DNA of 64,000 bases from Bacteroidota bacterium. Lineage in GTDB: Bacteria > Bacteroidota > Ignavibacteria > UBA10030 > UBA8401. Numbering within the stretch: the stretch's first letter is position 1; every line of letters begins with the position of its first letter. The stretch is taken from assembly GCA_035506275.1 (NCBI GenBank), contig DATJPT010000006.1, positions 284,635 through 348,634 of the forward strand. The letters are read 5' to 3'. The notes beneath the pieces were generated by a model, which saw only the letters and a list, made by a program, of their open reading frames with translations, was not told the DNA's origin and did not search any database. This document shows, in pieces, positions 9,623 through 18,401 of this stretch. A program made the translations under genes and the position numbers.

Positions 9623-10396
9623 CTAATTTTTCAGGAGGAGAGGGAGATTCCACTCGAGCAAATATTCCCGAAAGGCCGACGCCGGAAGCTGCACGAGCAA
9701 AGGATGATCATCCGGGTCGAGCCATTGCATGAGAAAAAGAAGATTTTCTTCGCGCATCGCCGTGCAGCCAGACGTTGTTGAGCTGTCGGAGCCTGTCACA
9801 TGGAGGAAAATACAGCTCCCTTTACCCGGGATTGAACGCGGGTTGTGCCTGACCACAATTCCCAATTTATAGTAATTCGAATCCATTTTCATCACTTCCG
9901 ATGACCTCCACGGAAGCCTTCCCGCCGAGTCTCTTTTGACTTCATTTTCGGAGATAAGCGAGTTATAAAAGACGGAGCCGGTGTCGTCGACGCAATGGAG
10001 CGCTTTCGTGGCTTGTTGGTACGGAAACCTGATCCCCGGCGGCGGGAGCGAATCGTATCCGAAAAAATCCCCCAGTTCAAAAATACCCGCGGGAGAACGG
10101 CGGTCCCCTTCCGTTTTCATCCGCTCGCCGGCGGGGATCTTGTGGAGGCCTATTCCCCATGCCAGGCCCGAGTCGCCGACGACCACCTTCCACGGGATAT
10201 TGTATTGCAGCCACCCGTCGCCGGTCCGGTTGAACAAGTACATCAAGCCGGTGGTGGAATTCCAATCGGGGGTGATCACGAAGACAAGCTGATTTGCATT
10301 TTCGATTTGTGCAGAAGAGCGAAGCGGCAGCGCAAAGAGGACAAATGCACAAAGCGGAAACAAGATCTTGAAACTTCTTTTGACATTCGAGGACAT
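9623..10396 (-). CDS. L,D-transpeptidase (YkuD catalytic domain) with signal peptide
   Basis: 257 aa; signal peptide, then HVTGSDSSTTSGCTAM, which matches the His..Ser-x-Gly-Cys active site of YkuD-fold L,D-transpeptidases. Confidence 0.6.
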   Translation of the reverse strand: MSSNVKRSFKILFPLCAFVLFALPLRSSAQIENANQLVFVITPDWNSTTGLMYLFNRTGDGWLQYNIPWKVVVGDSGLAWGIGLHKIPAGERMKTEGDRRSPAGIFELGDFFGYDSLPPPGIRFPYQQATKALHCVDDTGSVFYNSLISENEVKRDSAGRLPWRSSEVMKMDSNYYKLGIVVRHNPRSIPGKGSCIFLHVTGSDSSTTSGCTAMREENLLFLMQWLDPDDHPLLVQLPASAFREYLLEWNLPLLLKN

Positions 10397-10434
10397 AATT
10401 AGTACATTGGCGTCGTAATAGTTTCACTCTGGCA

Positions 10435-10509
10435 CGGAACGTAGCGCAGCCCGGCTAGCGCACTACCTTGGGGTGGTAGGGGTCGCGGGTTCGAATCCCG
10501 CCGTTCCGA
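10435..10509 (+). tRNA. tRNA-Pro (anticodon GGG)
   Basis: Manual cloverleaf: acceptor CGGAACG/CGTTCCG, D-arm GCGC/GCGC, anticodon stem CTACC/GGTAG with loop TTGGGGT, T-arm GCGGG-TTCGAAT-CCCGC; 75 nt. Confidence 0.85.
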
Positions 10510-10565
10510 CATTTTTCGAAAGAACACCGTTGGGGGATTCACGGTGATCGTATTCAGCGTTCGTA

Positions 10566-10624
10566 GGTCGGGCATTCCTGTCCGACCTTTACTTTTTACG
10601 GGGACAGGCAAGAATGCCTGTCCT
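10566..10624. repeat. pair of CATTCTTG-centred palindromic hairpins downstream of tRNA-Pro
   Basis: AGGTCGGGCATTCCTGTCCGACCT (10566-10589) and the perfect palindrome GGACAGGCAAGAATGCCTGTCC (10603-10624). The same family recurs at 31167-31190 and 40647-40668. Confidence 0.6.
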
Positions 10625-10757
10625 ACGACGGCAAACCTCTTTTGATTCAGTCGATGCCGAATTCCGCTGTTCCGACCTTGCATAAGTCAAGACAAAAAAA
10701 GTCTTTGCCGCTCGGCAAAGACTTTTTCGTTTCTGCAGACGCAAAGACCCGCCTTGT

Positions 10758-11174
10758 TCAATTTAATTTCACCAACAGCTCTTCGAGCAGCGATTTCACT
10801 TCCAGCAGATCCTCGCGTAAATTCCGCTCCGAACCGGCGTGAACTGCCGCAGCTTCCAGCGCGGGAGCATGTGCGGGCTGTGCGTCGGCCGGCAAGAGCT
10901 GCAATTGCTCGCCGCTCTCCACCTCCGGTGTCCAGGATTTTAAGACCTGCTTTGCCCCTTCGATCGTGTACCGTTCTTCCCGCAACAGCTGGCGGATGTA
11001 GAGGATGAGCTTGATATCCTTGTTCGTATAAATCCGGTTCCCCGCCCTGTTCTTGGCCGGCTTCAACTGCTCGAACTCCGATTCCCAGTACCGCAGCACA
11101 TACTGCTCAAGGTCGGTTATCTTGCTTACTTCGCTAATGGAATAATACAATTTTTTTATTCCAGTGGATTTCAT
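10758..11174 (-). CDS. MerR family transcriptional regulator
   Basis: 138 aa; N-terminal HTH_MerR signature (YSISEVSKITDLEQYVLRYWESEF...L.P..N..G.R.Y) and a C-terminal coiled coil. Confidence 0.75.
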   Translation of the reverse strand: MKSTGIKKLYYSISEVSKITDLEQYVLRYWESEFEQLKPAKNRAGNRIYTNKDIKLILYIRQLLREERYTIEGAKQVLKSWTPEVESGEQLQLLPADAQPAHAPALEAAAVHAGSERNLREDLLEVKSLLEELLVKLN

Positions 11175-11229
11175 CGCTTCCTCGCTGTTGTGATAAAAGG
11201 AACCAGTGCAATAGTATAAAAAAGTGATG

Positions 11230-11420
11230 ATAATTGCAACACAGGATACCTAAAGGCAGCGCCTTGGCCTAAATTCCGATAACCACTCTTCTTTCCCTGT
11301 AGGCAGGGAAGGAAGCAAACTCCCGCATTACGGGATCCGCCTTTCACAGTTTTGGAAAGCGGGAAGAGCTTCTTGGAATCGGAACCCTCTGGGATTGGGA
11401 AAGAGGCGCGGTTTATGAAA
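11230..11420 (-). promoter_or_regulatory. copy 4 (reverse orientation) of the conserved palindrome-bounded 5' cis-element, upstream of the MerR-family gene
   Basis: The reverse complement matches copies 2 and 3 (tcccgctttccaaaactgtgaaaggcgg...; gaatcggaacc). A P2-type palindrome cttctttccctg-tagg-cagggaaggaag lies at 11287-11314 with partly compensatory arm changes. Confidence 0.45.
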
Positions 11421-11689
11421 TCGCGACACCACCATAAAGCGGCTCTCACCCCTTTAAATTACTACTTTTGTGTGATTGAATTGTCCCGATCCAGAAATGT
11501 ATATTGATCATCATTGTGCCCGGAGACACGGCGGCGCCGCTCTTAAAAAAAATATTTTGCGTTTAGACGATTTTAACGTATATTTGACAAAGAATTATTC
11601 GAAACCATTCATTGCCTGATGGGATCTTGATTCTTCCCCCTTTCCGCTATCGTAGCTAATTTCACACACTAACATCGAGGAGTCAAACA

Positions 11690-12766
11690 ATGAAAAACCT
11701 CTTGCTCTTGTCGCTCTGCTGCTTGCTGATTGTTTCGGGTTCCGCATCAGGCGGTTCACTGGATGAGACCTTGCAGAAGATGGCGGGAAGTGCGGTGCAG
11801 GGATACGTCAGTCCGATCGTCACGGCATTCGGGACAGACCTCAACGGAGGCTGGTTCCACAGAGCTCCGGCGGCCGAGATGTATGGATTCGACCTTGAAT
11901 TTGGTCTTGTGGCGATGGGAGCTTCAATGAAGAATGCAAACACAACGATACCGGGAGGCGTGGGAGGACAATTCACGTTCGACGACCAGCAAAGCGCGCA
12001 AATTGCCCAGAGTATCCCGAATTGGAATCTAATTCCGGGAGCCCAGCAGCAGGCAATCATCAATAAGATCGCCACGACGCCGTTCAACGTCCAACTTACC
12101 GGGCCGACGATTGTCGGATCCAAGGATGATTTCGTACAAGTAAAATTTCCGGGACAAACCATCACGGTGAATGGACAATCATTCACAATTCCCGACAATG
12201 TCATCAACACTTCGGTCACCGGTTACCTCGGAACGATCTCCACGATTCCTCTTGCCGCTCCTCAATTGAGCATCGGCACACTCGTCGGCACACAGCTCAC
12301 ATTCCGATGGCTGCCGAGCTATAATAACGCCGATTATGGCAAGCTGAAATATTTCGGTTTCGGCATTCAACACAACCCTGGTATCTGGTTCCCGCAGCCT
12401 CTTCCGGTCAACCTCTGCCTCAGTTTCTTTACGCAGTCGCTGGATGCAGGAAGTATCTTCACCACAAAAACAACGGCATTCGGCATCAACGCCAGCAAGA
12501 CATTCGGTCCCGGCGCCCTCAATATTACTCCGTACGCGGGCTTTATGCTGGAGAGTTCCAAGATGACATTCAGCTATACGTCGACGCTTACGCTGCCTAA
12601 CAATGCCGGCACGCAGCTGATCAACGTCAACTTGCCGCTGACTGGGGACGACAAATCGCGGCTCACAGTAGGCCTGAGCATCAAGATCCTCTTTCTCGAC
12701 ATCAATGCGGATTACAACATCGGAAAATATAATTCGGAAACCGCAGGGCTGATGTTCATCATTTAA
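11690..12766 (+). CDS. hypothetical secreted beta-rich protein (possible outer-membrane protein)
   Basis: 358 aa; cleavable signal peptide (MKNLLLLSLCCLLIVSGSASG), Gly/Thr/Asn-rich alternating pattern, and no recognisable catalytic motif. Confidence 0.55.
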   Translation: MKNLLLLSLCCLLIVSGSASGGSLDETLQKMAGSAVQGYVSPIVTAFGTDLNGGWFHRAPAAEMYGFDLEFGLVAMGASMKNANTTIPGGVGGQFTFDDQQSAQIAQSIPNWNLIPGAQQQAIINKIATTPFNVQLTGPTIVGSKDDFVQVKFPGQTITVNGQSFTIPDNVINTSVTGYLGTISTIPLAAPQLSIGTLVGTQLTFRWLPSYNNADYGKLKYFGFGIQHNPGIWFPQPLPVNLCLSFFTQSLDAGSIFTTKTTAFGINASKTFGPGALNITPYAGFMLESSKMTFSYTSTLTLPNNAGTQLINVNLPLTGDDKSRLTVGLSIKILFLDINADYNIGKYNSETAGLMFII

Positions 12767-12786
12767 CTCTCTTCGAACATTGACAC

Positions 12787-12826
12787 CGAAAGGCCGAATC
12801 CTCCGGGTTCGGCCTTTTCTTTTTTC
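12787..12826 (+). terminator. Rho-independent terminator
   Basis: GAAAGGCCGAA-tcctccgg-GTTCGGCCTTTT followed by CTTTTTTC. Confidence 0.55.
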
Positions 12827-12948
12827 GCCGCGGGTTAGTATATTGTGTGCGGCCCGGTAAAGCATCCGGTTGCCGTCACATTCGTAACACCCATCCTCAC
12901 AGTGACATTCAGTTGAAAACGTACTCCGCTCTGCGAATTGCTACGCTG

Positions 12949-15606
12949 ATGATTCCCGCCGCCGCGCTGATGCTTGGCGGCTGCAACATCGGAGAGGATA
13001 ATGAAGATCCTGTCGTGCGATCGCAGGAGCTCCGCTCGAAAGCCGCAGAAGAGGCGGGAGCGCATGACTTCCTTCATGCGGAAGAACATCTCACGCAGCT
13101 CTTCCCGATCGACCAGCAGATGCAGCAGTGGGAACGGCTCGCCGAGGACCGCGCCGCCGCCGCCAAAGTTGAAACCTCACTCGGCCACTTTTCCGCCGCC
13201 ACGGAAAATTACAGCGAGGCGTGGAAGTACTACCGCGAGTCCGGAAACCATGCGGCCGAGGTCCGGATGATGAACGCCGTCGGAATTCTATCCGTGGAAC
13301 TGGGGGACTTCGAACAGGGGATCGGCATGCTCGCCAACGCGCTCGACGTCAGCAAGCTCGCATCCAACAACGAGCCAGACCCCGAAACGAGCATGAACCT
13401 CGGCAACGCGTATTGCTGGTCGGGGCAATACGAAAACGCGCTCGCTCAGTTCACTTCCGCGCTGGCGGTGTTCAATAAACGGCGGTCTTCCCCTTCGGTC
13501 GTCCGGGCTCTTTCGGGTGTCGGCTATGCCGATGCCAGGCTTGGAAAAAGGGACGAGGCCCTGACCGCGTTTGCAACGGTCGAGAACATTGTCAGCACCG
13601 TCCCGAACGTGATCGTGAAGGGGGAATTCAATTACGATAAAGGAAGGGGGCTCGAAGCGCTCGGAGAATGGAGCGATGCGGCGCAATCGTTCCACGACGG
13701 CATCGGCATCCTTGAAGATCTCCCGAACAGTCAAAAGAACGAACAGACGAACGACCTGCTGATTCTCCTCTACACGGCCCTCGGCAAGGTCTACGCCCAC
13801 AATTTTGCCTACCAGCTCGCAAAGCAAAGCTTCATCGAAGGGTACTCGCTCGCCAAAGACGCCGGCAGAAAAATCGCCATCGGCTATTTATTGACCGCGA
13901 TCGCCGACTGCGAACGGAAAATCACAGCGGTGAACCCGGACCAGCAGGCCACGATCGCCGCCGGAACATACTACGAGCAGGCGATGAACCTCTTTTCGCG
14001 GAACGGCAACATCTCCGGCGAAGCGTACGCCAACTACAAGCTGGGAATGATGAAAGAGGAAGAGGGGAACACGGACGGCGCTCTCGCATTCTACCGGCGC
14101 GCGTTCGAACTGCGCAGCGGACAGTCCGGCGAGTTCAACAACTGGGGGGAGGACGAAGAATTTTTCGGGATGCGGCGTGGGGAGGCGGCTGAAGGGATCT
14201 CCTTCTCCGATGAGACGTACTGGTACGAGCCGCTGGTCATTCTGCTTGCACGCCAGGGGCGCGCGGAAGAGGCGCTCGACATCTTCGAACAGGGAAAGAC
14301 AGGATCTCTCGCGGCCCGGCTCCGTTCATTCCCCTTCCAATACCGGGACAAGAGCACGCAGCAGAGCGTCGAGGCGGTCCGTCGTCAAATGCATGCGCTC
14401 AGCGTGAAAGAGGCAGAACTCGCTTATCAGAAGGGGTTGAATGCGAATCAACGCGACGGTGCTGGGATCGCATCGCTTGCCACAGACATCGCATCCGCAC
14501 GCACAGCGCTGTCGGCCAATGCATCGGCGCTTGCACAAAAGGATCCCCAGCTCGAAATTCTCTTCCGCACGCCGGCATTCCAGGAAACGGAGTTCCGTTC
14601 AGCGCTGACCTACGGCACGGTCGTGCTCGATTATCTCATCGCCGAGGACCGCATCGTTATTTTTGTGGTTTCCTTCGACGGCATGGGACGGCAGATGCCG
14701 GTCAGCGTCGTGGAAGTGCCGATCTACAAGGATATCGTGCTTGAGAAGGTCCGCCAGTACGACCTGATGCTCAACGAGCACATCCACAGCATCGGGACGG
14801 GATATTTTCAGACGACCGACATCGAACGGCTGTCGCAGGAGCTGTACAATTATTTTCTGCGCCCCGTGGAGCGGCTGTTCGTGCAGCGCGTGGTCATCAT
14901 ACCGCCGCGCGAGATGGAGAATATTCCGTTCCATGCGTTCACCCGCTCGACCAACGAAGGGGTGAAGCCGATGGTGGAGATCGCCGATGTCTCTTACCTG
15001 CCGTACCTCGCCGCGGCGAAAAGCATTCCGCCTCCCCCCCGGTTCATCAACTCCGTCGTCGCCATGGGAAATTCGCGGGGGAACAACTGGCCGCTCGACT
15101 TTGAATTGCGCGACATCCGGAGTTTCTTCCGCGAGACGGCCGTCTATGTCTCGCAGAACGCCGGCGAGAAACAGCTGTTCGGATCGTCGGGGGACGTGCT
15201 TCAGCTTTCGACCGACTTCGCGACCGACACGCTTTTCCCCGGCCGCTCATCGTTCGTCCTGGCGAGCGGAAGCATCACGGACCCGGATGCCGAAATTCCG
15301 GTTGCGAATTTCCTGAGCCTGCATCCGTACCCCGTCGTCTATCTTTCCGACGAGCAGCCCGGCGTCTCGGGACTGACGCCGCTCTATGCCGCGGTGCTGA
15401 TGATGAACGGCTCGTCCAACATCATCCTCACCATGCGGCCGTCCGACGTGAAGCCGAATAAATTCTTCAGCGAAAAATTTTATACCGCGCTGGCCCGGGG
15501 GAGCAGCGTGAACGACGCCTACCGCTCCGCCGTCATCGCCATGAGCAAGTCTGCCGCGTTCAGCGCCCCCTACCAGTGGTCGCAGTACTTTAAGTTTGGG
15601 AAGTGA
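12949..15606 (+). CDS. TPR-repeat lipoprotein with C-terminal CHAT (caspase-like) domain, catalytic dyad apparently substituted
   Basis: Lipobox LMLGGC at the ATG 12949. N-terminal TPR repeats (LGNAYCWSGQYENALAQF...). The C-terminus aligns by eye to the CHAT domain (IPFHAF; PVVYLSDEQPGVSG where LVVLSACETG is expected; FYTALARGSSVNDAYRSAV; PYQWSQYFKFG). The track ORF starts upstream at 12847. Confidence 0.55.
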   Translation: MIPAAALMLGGCNIGEDNEDPVVRSQELRSKAAEEAGAHDFLHAEEHLTQLFPIDQQMQQWERLAEDRAAAAKVETSLGHFSAATENYSEAWKYYRESGNHAAEVRMMNAVGILSVELGDFEQGIGMLANALDVSKLASNNEPDPETSMNLGNAYCWSGQYENALAQFTSALAVFNKRRSSPSVVRALSGVGYADARLGKRDEALTAFATVENIVSTVPNVIVKGEFNYDKGRGLEALGEWSDAAQSFHDGIGILEDLPNSQKNEQTNDLLILLYTALGKVYAHNFAYQLAKQSFIEGYSLAKDAGRKIAIGYLLTAIADCERKITAVNPDQQATIAAGTYYEQAMNLFSRNGNISGEAYANYKLGMMKEEEGNTDGALAFYRRAFELRSGQSGEFNNWGEDEEFFGMRRGEAAEGISFSDETYWYEPLVILLARQGRAEEALDIFEQGKTGSLAARLRSFPFQYRDKSTQQSVEAVRRQMHALSVKEAELAYQKGLNANQRDGAGIASLATDIASARTALSANASALAQKDPQLEILFRTPAFQETEFRSALTYGTVVLDYLIAEDRIVIFVVSFDGMGRQMPVSVVEVPIYKDIVLEKVRQYDLMLNEHIHSIGTGYFQTTDIERLSQELYNYFLRPVERLFVQRVVIIPPREMENIPFHAFTRSTNEGVKPMVEIADVSYLPYLAAAKSIPPPPRFINSVVAMGNSRGNNWPLDFELRDIRSFFRETAVYVSQNAGEKQLFGSSGDVLQLSTDFATDTLFPGRSSFVLASGSITDPDAEIPVANFLSLHPYPVVYLSDEQPGVSGLTPLYAAVLMMNGSSNIILTMRPSDVKPNKFFSEKFYTALARGSSVNDAYRSAVIAMSKSAAFSAPYQWSQYFKFGK

Positions 15607-15617
15607 GATGTCAGAAA

Positions 15618-15660
15618 GCAGAAGACAGGAGACAGTAAGCAGTTAGCAGTGAGCAGGCAG
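15618..15660. repeat. heptamer tandem repeat (RCAGNRA)x6
   Basis: gcagaag acaggag acagtaa gcagtta gcagtga gcaggca, immediately after the CHAT gene stop. Confidence 0.6.
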
Positions 15661-15661
15661 A

Positions 15662-16095
15662 TACTATCGCTGTCCATGTCATTCTGAGGAGGAGCGTTCT
15701 TTGCGACGACGAAGAATCTTTCTTGCCGTATAGATTCCTCGCTGCGCTCGGAATGACATGTAGTCGTTGGTGGCTCCGATATTCTCAAGGTTACTGGGCC
15801 TCTGTCATTCTGAGGAGGAGCGCTCTTTGCGACGACGAAGAATCTTTCTTACGGCGAAAGAGTGAAGGAACCGAGGTCAGTATAGATTCCTCGCTACGCT
15901 CGGAATGACATGTAGTTGTTGCTGGCTCCAATATTCTCAAGGATGCTGAGTCTCTGTCATTCTGAGGAGGAGCGCTCTTTGCGACGACGAAGAATCTTTC
16001 TTACGGCGAAAGAGTGAAGGAACCGAATTCAGTATAGATTCCTCGCTGCGCTCGGAATGACATGTAGTTGTTGGTGGCTCCAATATTCTCAGGGA
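15662..16095 (-). repeat. family-A tandem hairpin array (about 3.3 units, reverse orientation)
   Basis: Units of about 128 bp: GTCATTCTGAGGAGGAGCG...GAAGAATCTTTCTT...TATAGATTCCTCGCTGCGCTCGGAATGAC plus a linker. It is the reverse complement of the arrays at 22076-23200, 26440-27000 and 27355-27935. Confidence 0.7.
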
Positions 16096-16172
16096 ACCCG
16101 AGTCCATGCCGTCAAAAAAAATCCCCGATGCCAGCAGCATGCGGGGATAAAAATTTTATCGCGAAAATTCTC

Positions 16173-17075
16173 TTATTCCTCCAGCTTCACCTTCACGCTC
16201 CCCAGGCCGGACTCGACATAAATATTCAGCCTCCCTTCGGCCGAGGAATAATTCGAGGTCACATACACTCCCTTGCGTTCTTCGTCGAAATCATGGTCGA
16301 TCGAGAAATTGGAGAACCAGTTCTCCTGGTAATGGATCTTGGCGCCGTAGTCCCTCGGGATCAGGATCGTCACCGCCCCCAGCCCGATCTTGATCCTGAC
16401 CTCAACTTCGCGGTGGAGCTCGCCGTCGAAGTTCAGATGGTACGAGCCGACGCCCCCTTCGAACGTCATCCGTCTGAAGTTGGCGTTGCATAGTTTTTCC
16501 CCCTCGAACTTGCTGACCCCGGACTTGATCTCAAAATCCTCGATCTCGCTCTTGTTCGGCTCGCCGAACAGCAGGGTGGTCGAGCTTGCCCCCGCCGACA
16601 TCGTGAAATCTTTGATGTCGAGTCCCGTCATGTCGAAATCCCCGCGGCCGGCGCCGAGCGACGCATCGATCGACAGCGGGACGGCATCGGTGAACCGCAT
16701 GTACCATTTCCCGCTCTGGAAATTCCCGTCGTTCTTTTCTTCGTCGTCATCGTTCATGTTGAGCGATACGGAATTCTCTCCGTCCGACTCATGCGAAATG
16801 TCGAGATACCCGACATCCTTGTTGATGCGGTAGTCGATGTCGACGTTCGGCTTGCGCCCCTCCTCCGTCTTCAGGTCGAAGATCATCACTTTCTCGGGAT
16901 CCCCTTTGGAACAGATCACGGTGCCGAAGGACGATTCGAGCTTGATGTGGACCTCTTTCTCCGATGTCCGTTTGATCTCTTTGTGGAGTCCCCCCGCGAC
17001 TGCCTGCACGGCAACCGCAGCGCTGAAGATGAACGGCGCAGCTTTATGTACGATAGGTAATATTCTCATGTCCAT
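16173..17075 (-). CDS. hypothetical protein downstream of the ECF sigma factor (DUF4097 / putative-adhesin-like beta-rich protein)
   Basis: 300 aa; N-terminal hydrophobic segment, acidic Asp/Glu-rich stretch and repetitive beta-strand pattern. It sits directly 3' of the ECF sigma gene. The family assignment is from memory and weak. Confidence 0.35.
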   Translation of the reverse strand: MDMRILPIVHKAAPFIFSAAVAVQAVAGGLHKEIKRTSEKEVHIKLESSFGTVICSKGDPEKVMIFDLKTEEGRKPNVDIDYRINKDVGYLDISHESDGENSVSLNMNDDDEEKNDGNFQSGKWYMRFTDAVPLSIDASLGAGRGDFDMTGLDIKDFTMSAGASSTTLLFGEPNKSEIEDFEIKSGVSKFEGEKLCNANFRRMTFEGGVGSYHLNFDGELHREVEVRIKIGLGAVTILIPRDYGAKIHYQENWFSNFSIDHDFDEERKGVYVTSNYSSAEGRLNIYVESGLGSVKVKLEE

Positions 17076-17238
17076 GGTGGCTCTCCATTCTGCTCAACGT
17101 CCAGCGTGACCTCCTGGACCTCACGGAGCTGAATACTTTCGAGCACCGGCGACTCGGTGACAGCGAATGCCGCACTCAACTTGTGCGGATTTCCTCTCTT
17201 CGTACTACGAAAAAAAGGGGGGAGAGTTACGCATTCTT

Positions 17239-17904
17239 TCAATAGAGCTGGATCTTTTTTCGGAGGTTTTTATAGAGCATTTCACGGGCGCGGAAAATAT
17301 GGGCCTTGACGGTGCCGATGGGAAGCTTCAATTGCCGCGCAATTTCGGCATAATCCTTCTCCTCCGTATGGCGCATCAGGATCACGGTCCGGTATTTCGG
17401 GGGGAGTGATTTGATGGCCTGCTCAAGCAGCCGGGTCCGCTGCCGGGCGATCATCTCCCGGTCGGGCTCGTAGGTCGAATCGGGTATTTCAAAAGAGAAA
17501 TCGCCGTCGGATGATTCGATCGGTTTGTCGATCGAAAAGGTCTGCAGCTTCTTTTTCCGGATGTAATCGATGCAGTTGTTCGTGGCGATCTTGAAAAGCC
17601 ATGTCGAGAAAGCGAATTCCTCGTTGAAGCTGGAGAGGGACTGGAATGCCTTGATGAACGCCTCCTGGGTGAGGTCCTCCACTTCGTCTTTGTCGTGGAT
17701 CATCCGGAAGAGGAGGTTGCAGATCGGGTCGTGATATTTTTTCATGAGGGCGCGGTAGGCCGGCTGGCTGCCGTCGATCGCGGCGGCGATCAGCCGCGAG
17801 TCCTCTGCACGGGAGTCGAGTTTGCGCTGGCTGAGAGCATCGCCTTTTGGCGGAAGGGTTTTCGGAGTTTTACGTGAGGATGAAGCTGCTTTTGCTCTCG
17901 TCAT
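17239..17904 (-). CDS. RNA polymerase sigma-70 factor, ECF subfamily
   Basis: 221 aa; region 2 ([18 protein letters not shown]...[20 protein letters not shown]) and region 4 ([26 protein letters not shown]). The roughly 35-aa N-terminal extension may reflect a later true start. Confidence 0.85.
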   Translation of the reverse strand: MTRAKAASSSRKTPKTLPPKGDALSQRKLDSRAEDSRLIAAAIDGSQPAYRALMKKYHDPICNLLFRMIHDKDEVEDLTQEAFIKAFQSLSSFNEEFAFSTWLFKIATNNCIDYIRKKKLQTFSIDKPIESSDGDFSFEIPDSTYEPDREMIARQRTRLLEQAIKSLPPKYRTVILMRHTEEKDYAEIARQLKLPIGTVKAHIFRAREMLYKNLRKKIQLY

Positions 17905-17970
17905 TGAAGATGGGTTTGAAATGATGATGTTCCTGTGATGAAAGTAGGCAAAAAATTCAGGAAGTGCAAG

Positions 17971-18088
17971 GAGAGGAGACAGGAGTCAGTAGACAGTAAG
18001 CAGTAAGCAGTGAGCAGTAAGCAGTGAGCAGTAAGCAGTGAGCAGTGAGCAGTAGGAAGTAAACAGTGAGCAGTAAGCAGTAAGGAGT
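17971..18088. repeat. long heptamer tandem repeat (GCAGTRA)x~15, upstream of the ECF sigma gene
   Basis: ...cagtaagcagtgagcagtaagcagtgagcagtaagcagtgagcagtgagcagtaggaagtaaacagtgagcagtaagcagtaagg... read directly from the sequence. Confidence 0.85.
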
Positions 18089-18401
18089 CGGGTACTCCCC
18101 CAGTCCATGTCATCCTGAGCGAGTCCGTTTTTCAGGACGAGTCGAAGGATCCACGACACTGCACCGCCGTCACGGCAGAATCTGCCGTTGCAGAGAGCGA
18201 CGGGGCACCACGCCGTATGGACGTACATGAGGAAGACGGAGATAACCAATGCTTATGCACTGCCTCATCTGCGAAATCAGTCATCTGCGCAAAATCTGCG
18301 TCATCTGCGTAATCACTTCCGCCTTGAGATTCCATCCTTTTTTTTGTACTATGGACAGTCACATTGTTTAGCAGTTTTTCATCACAACAACGACCACCGT
18401 T

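Noticed and set aside
17076-17238. 37-codon TTG-initiated ORF between the ECF sigma gene and the downstream 300-aa gene (possible mini anti-sigma factor)
   Set aside because: It has no ATG start, no Cys/His zinc-finger motif and no TM helix. It is too short and featureless to call, and is mentioned only in the ECF finding.
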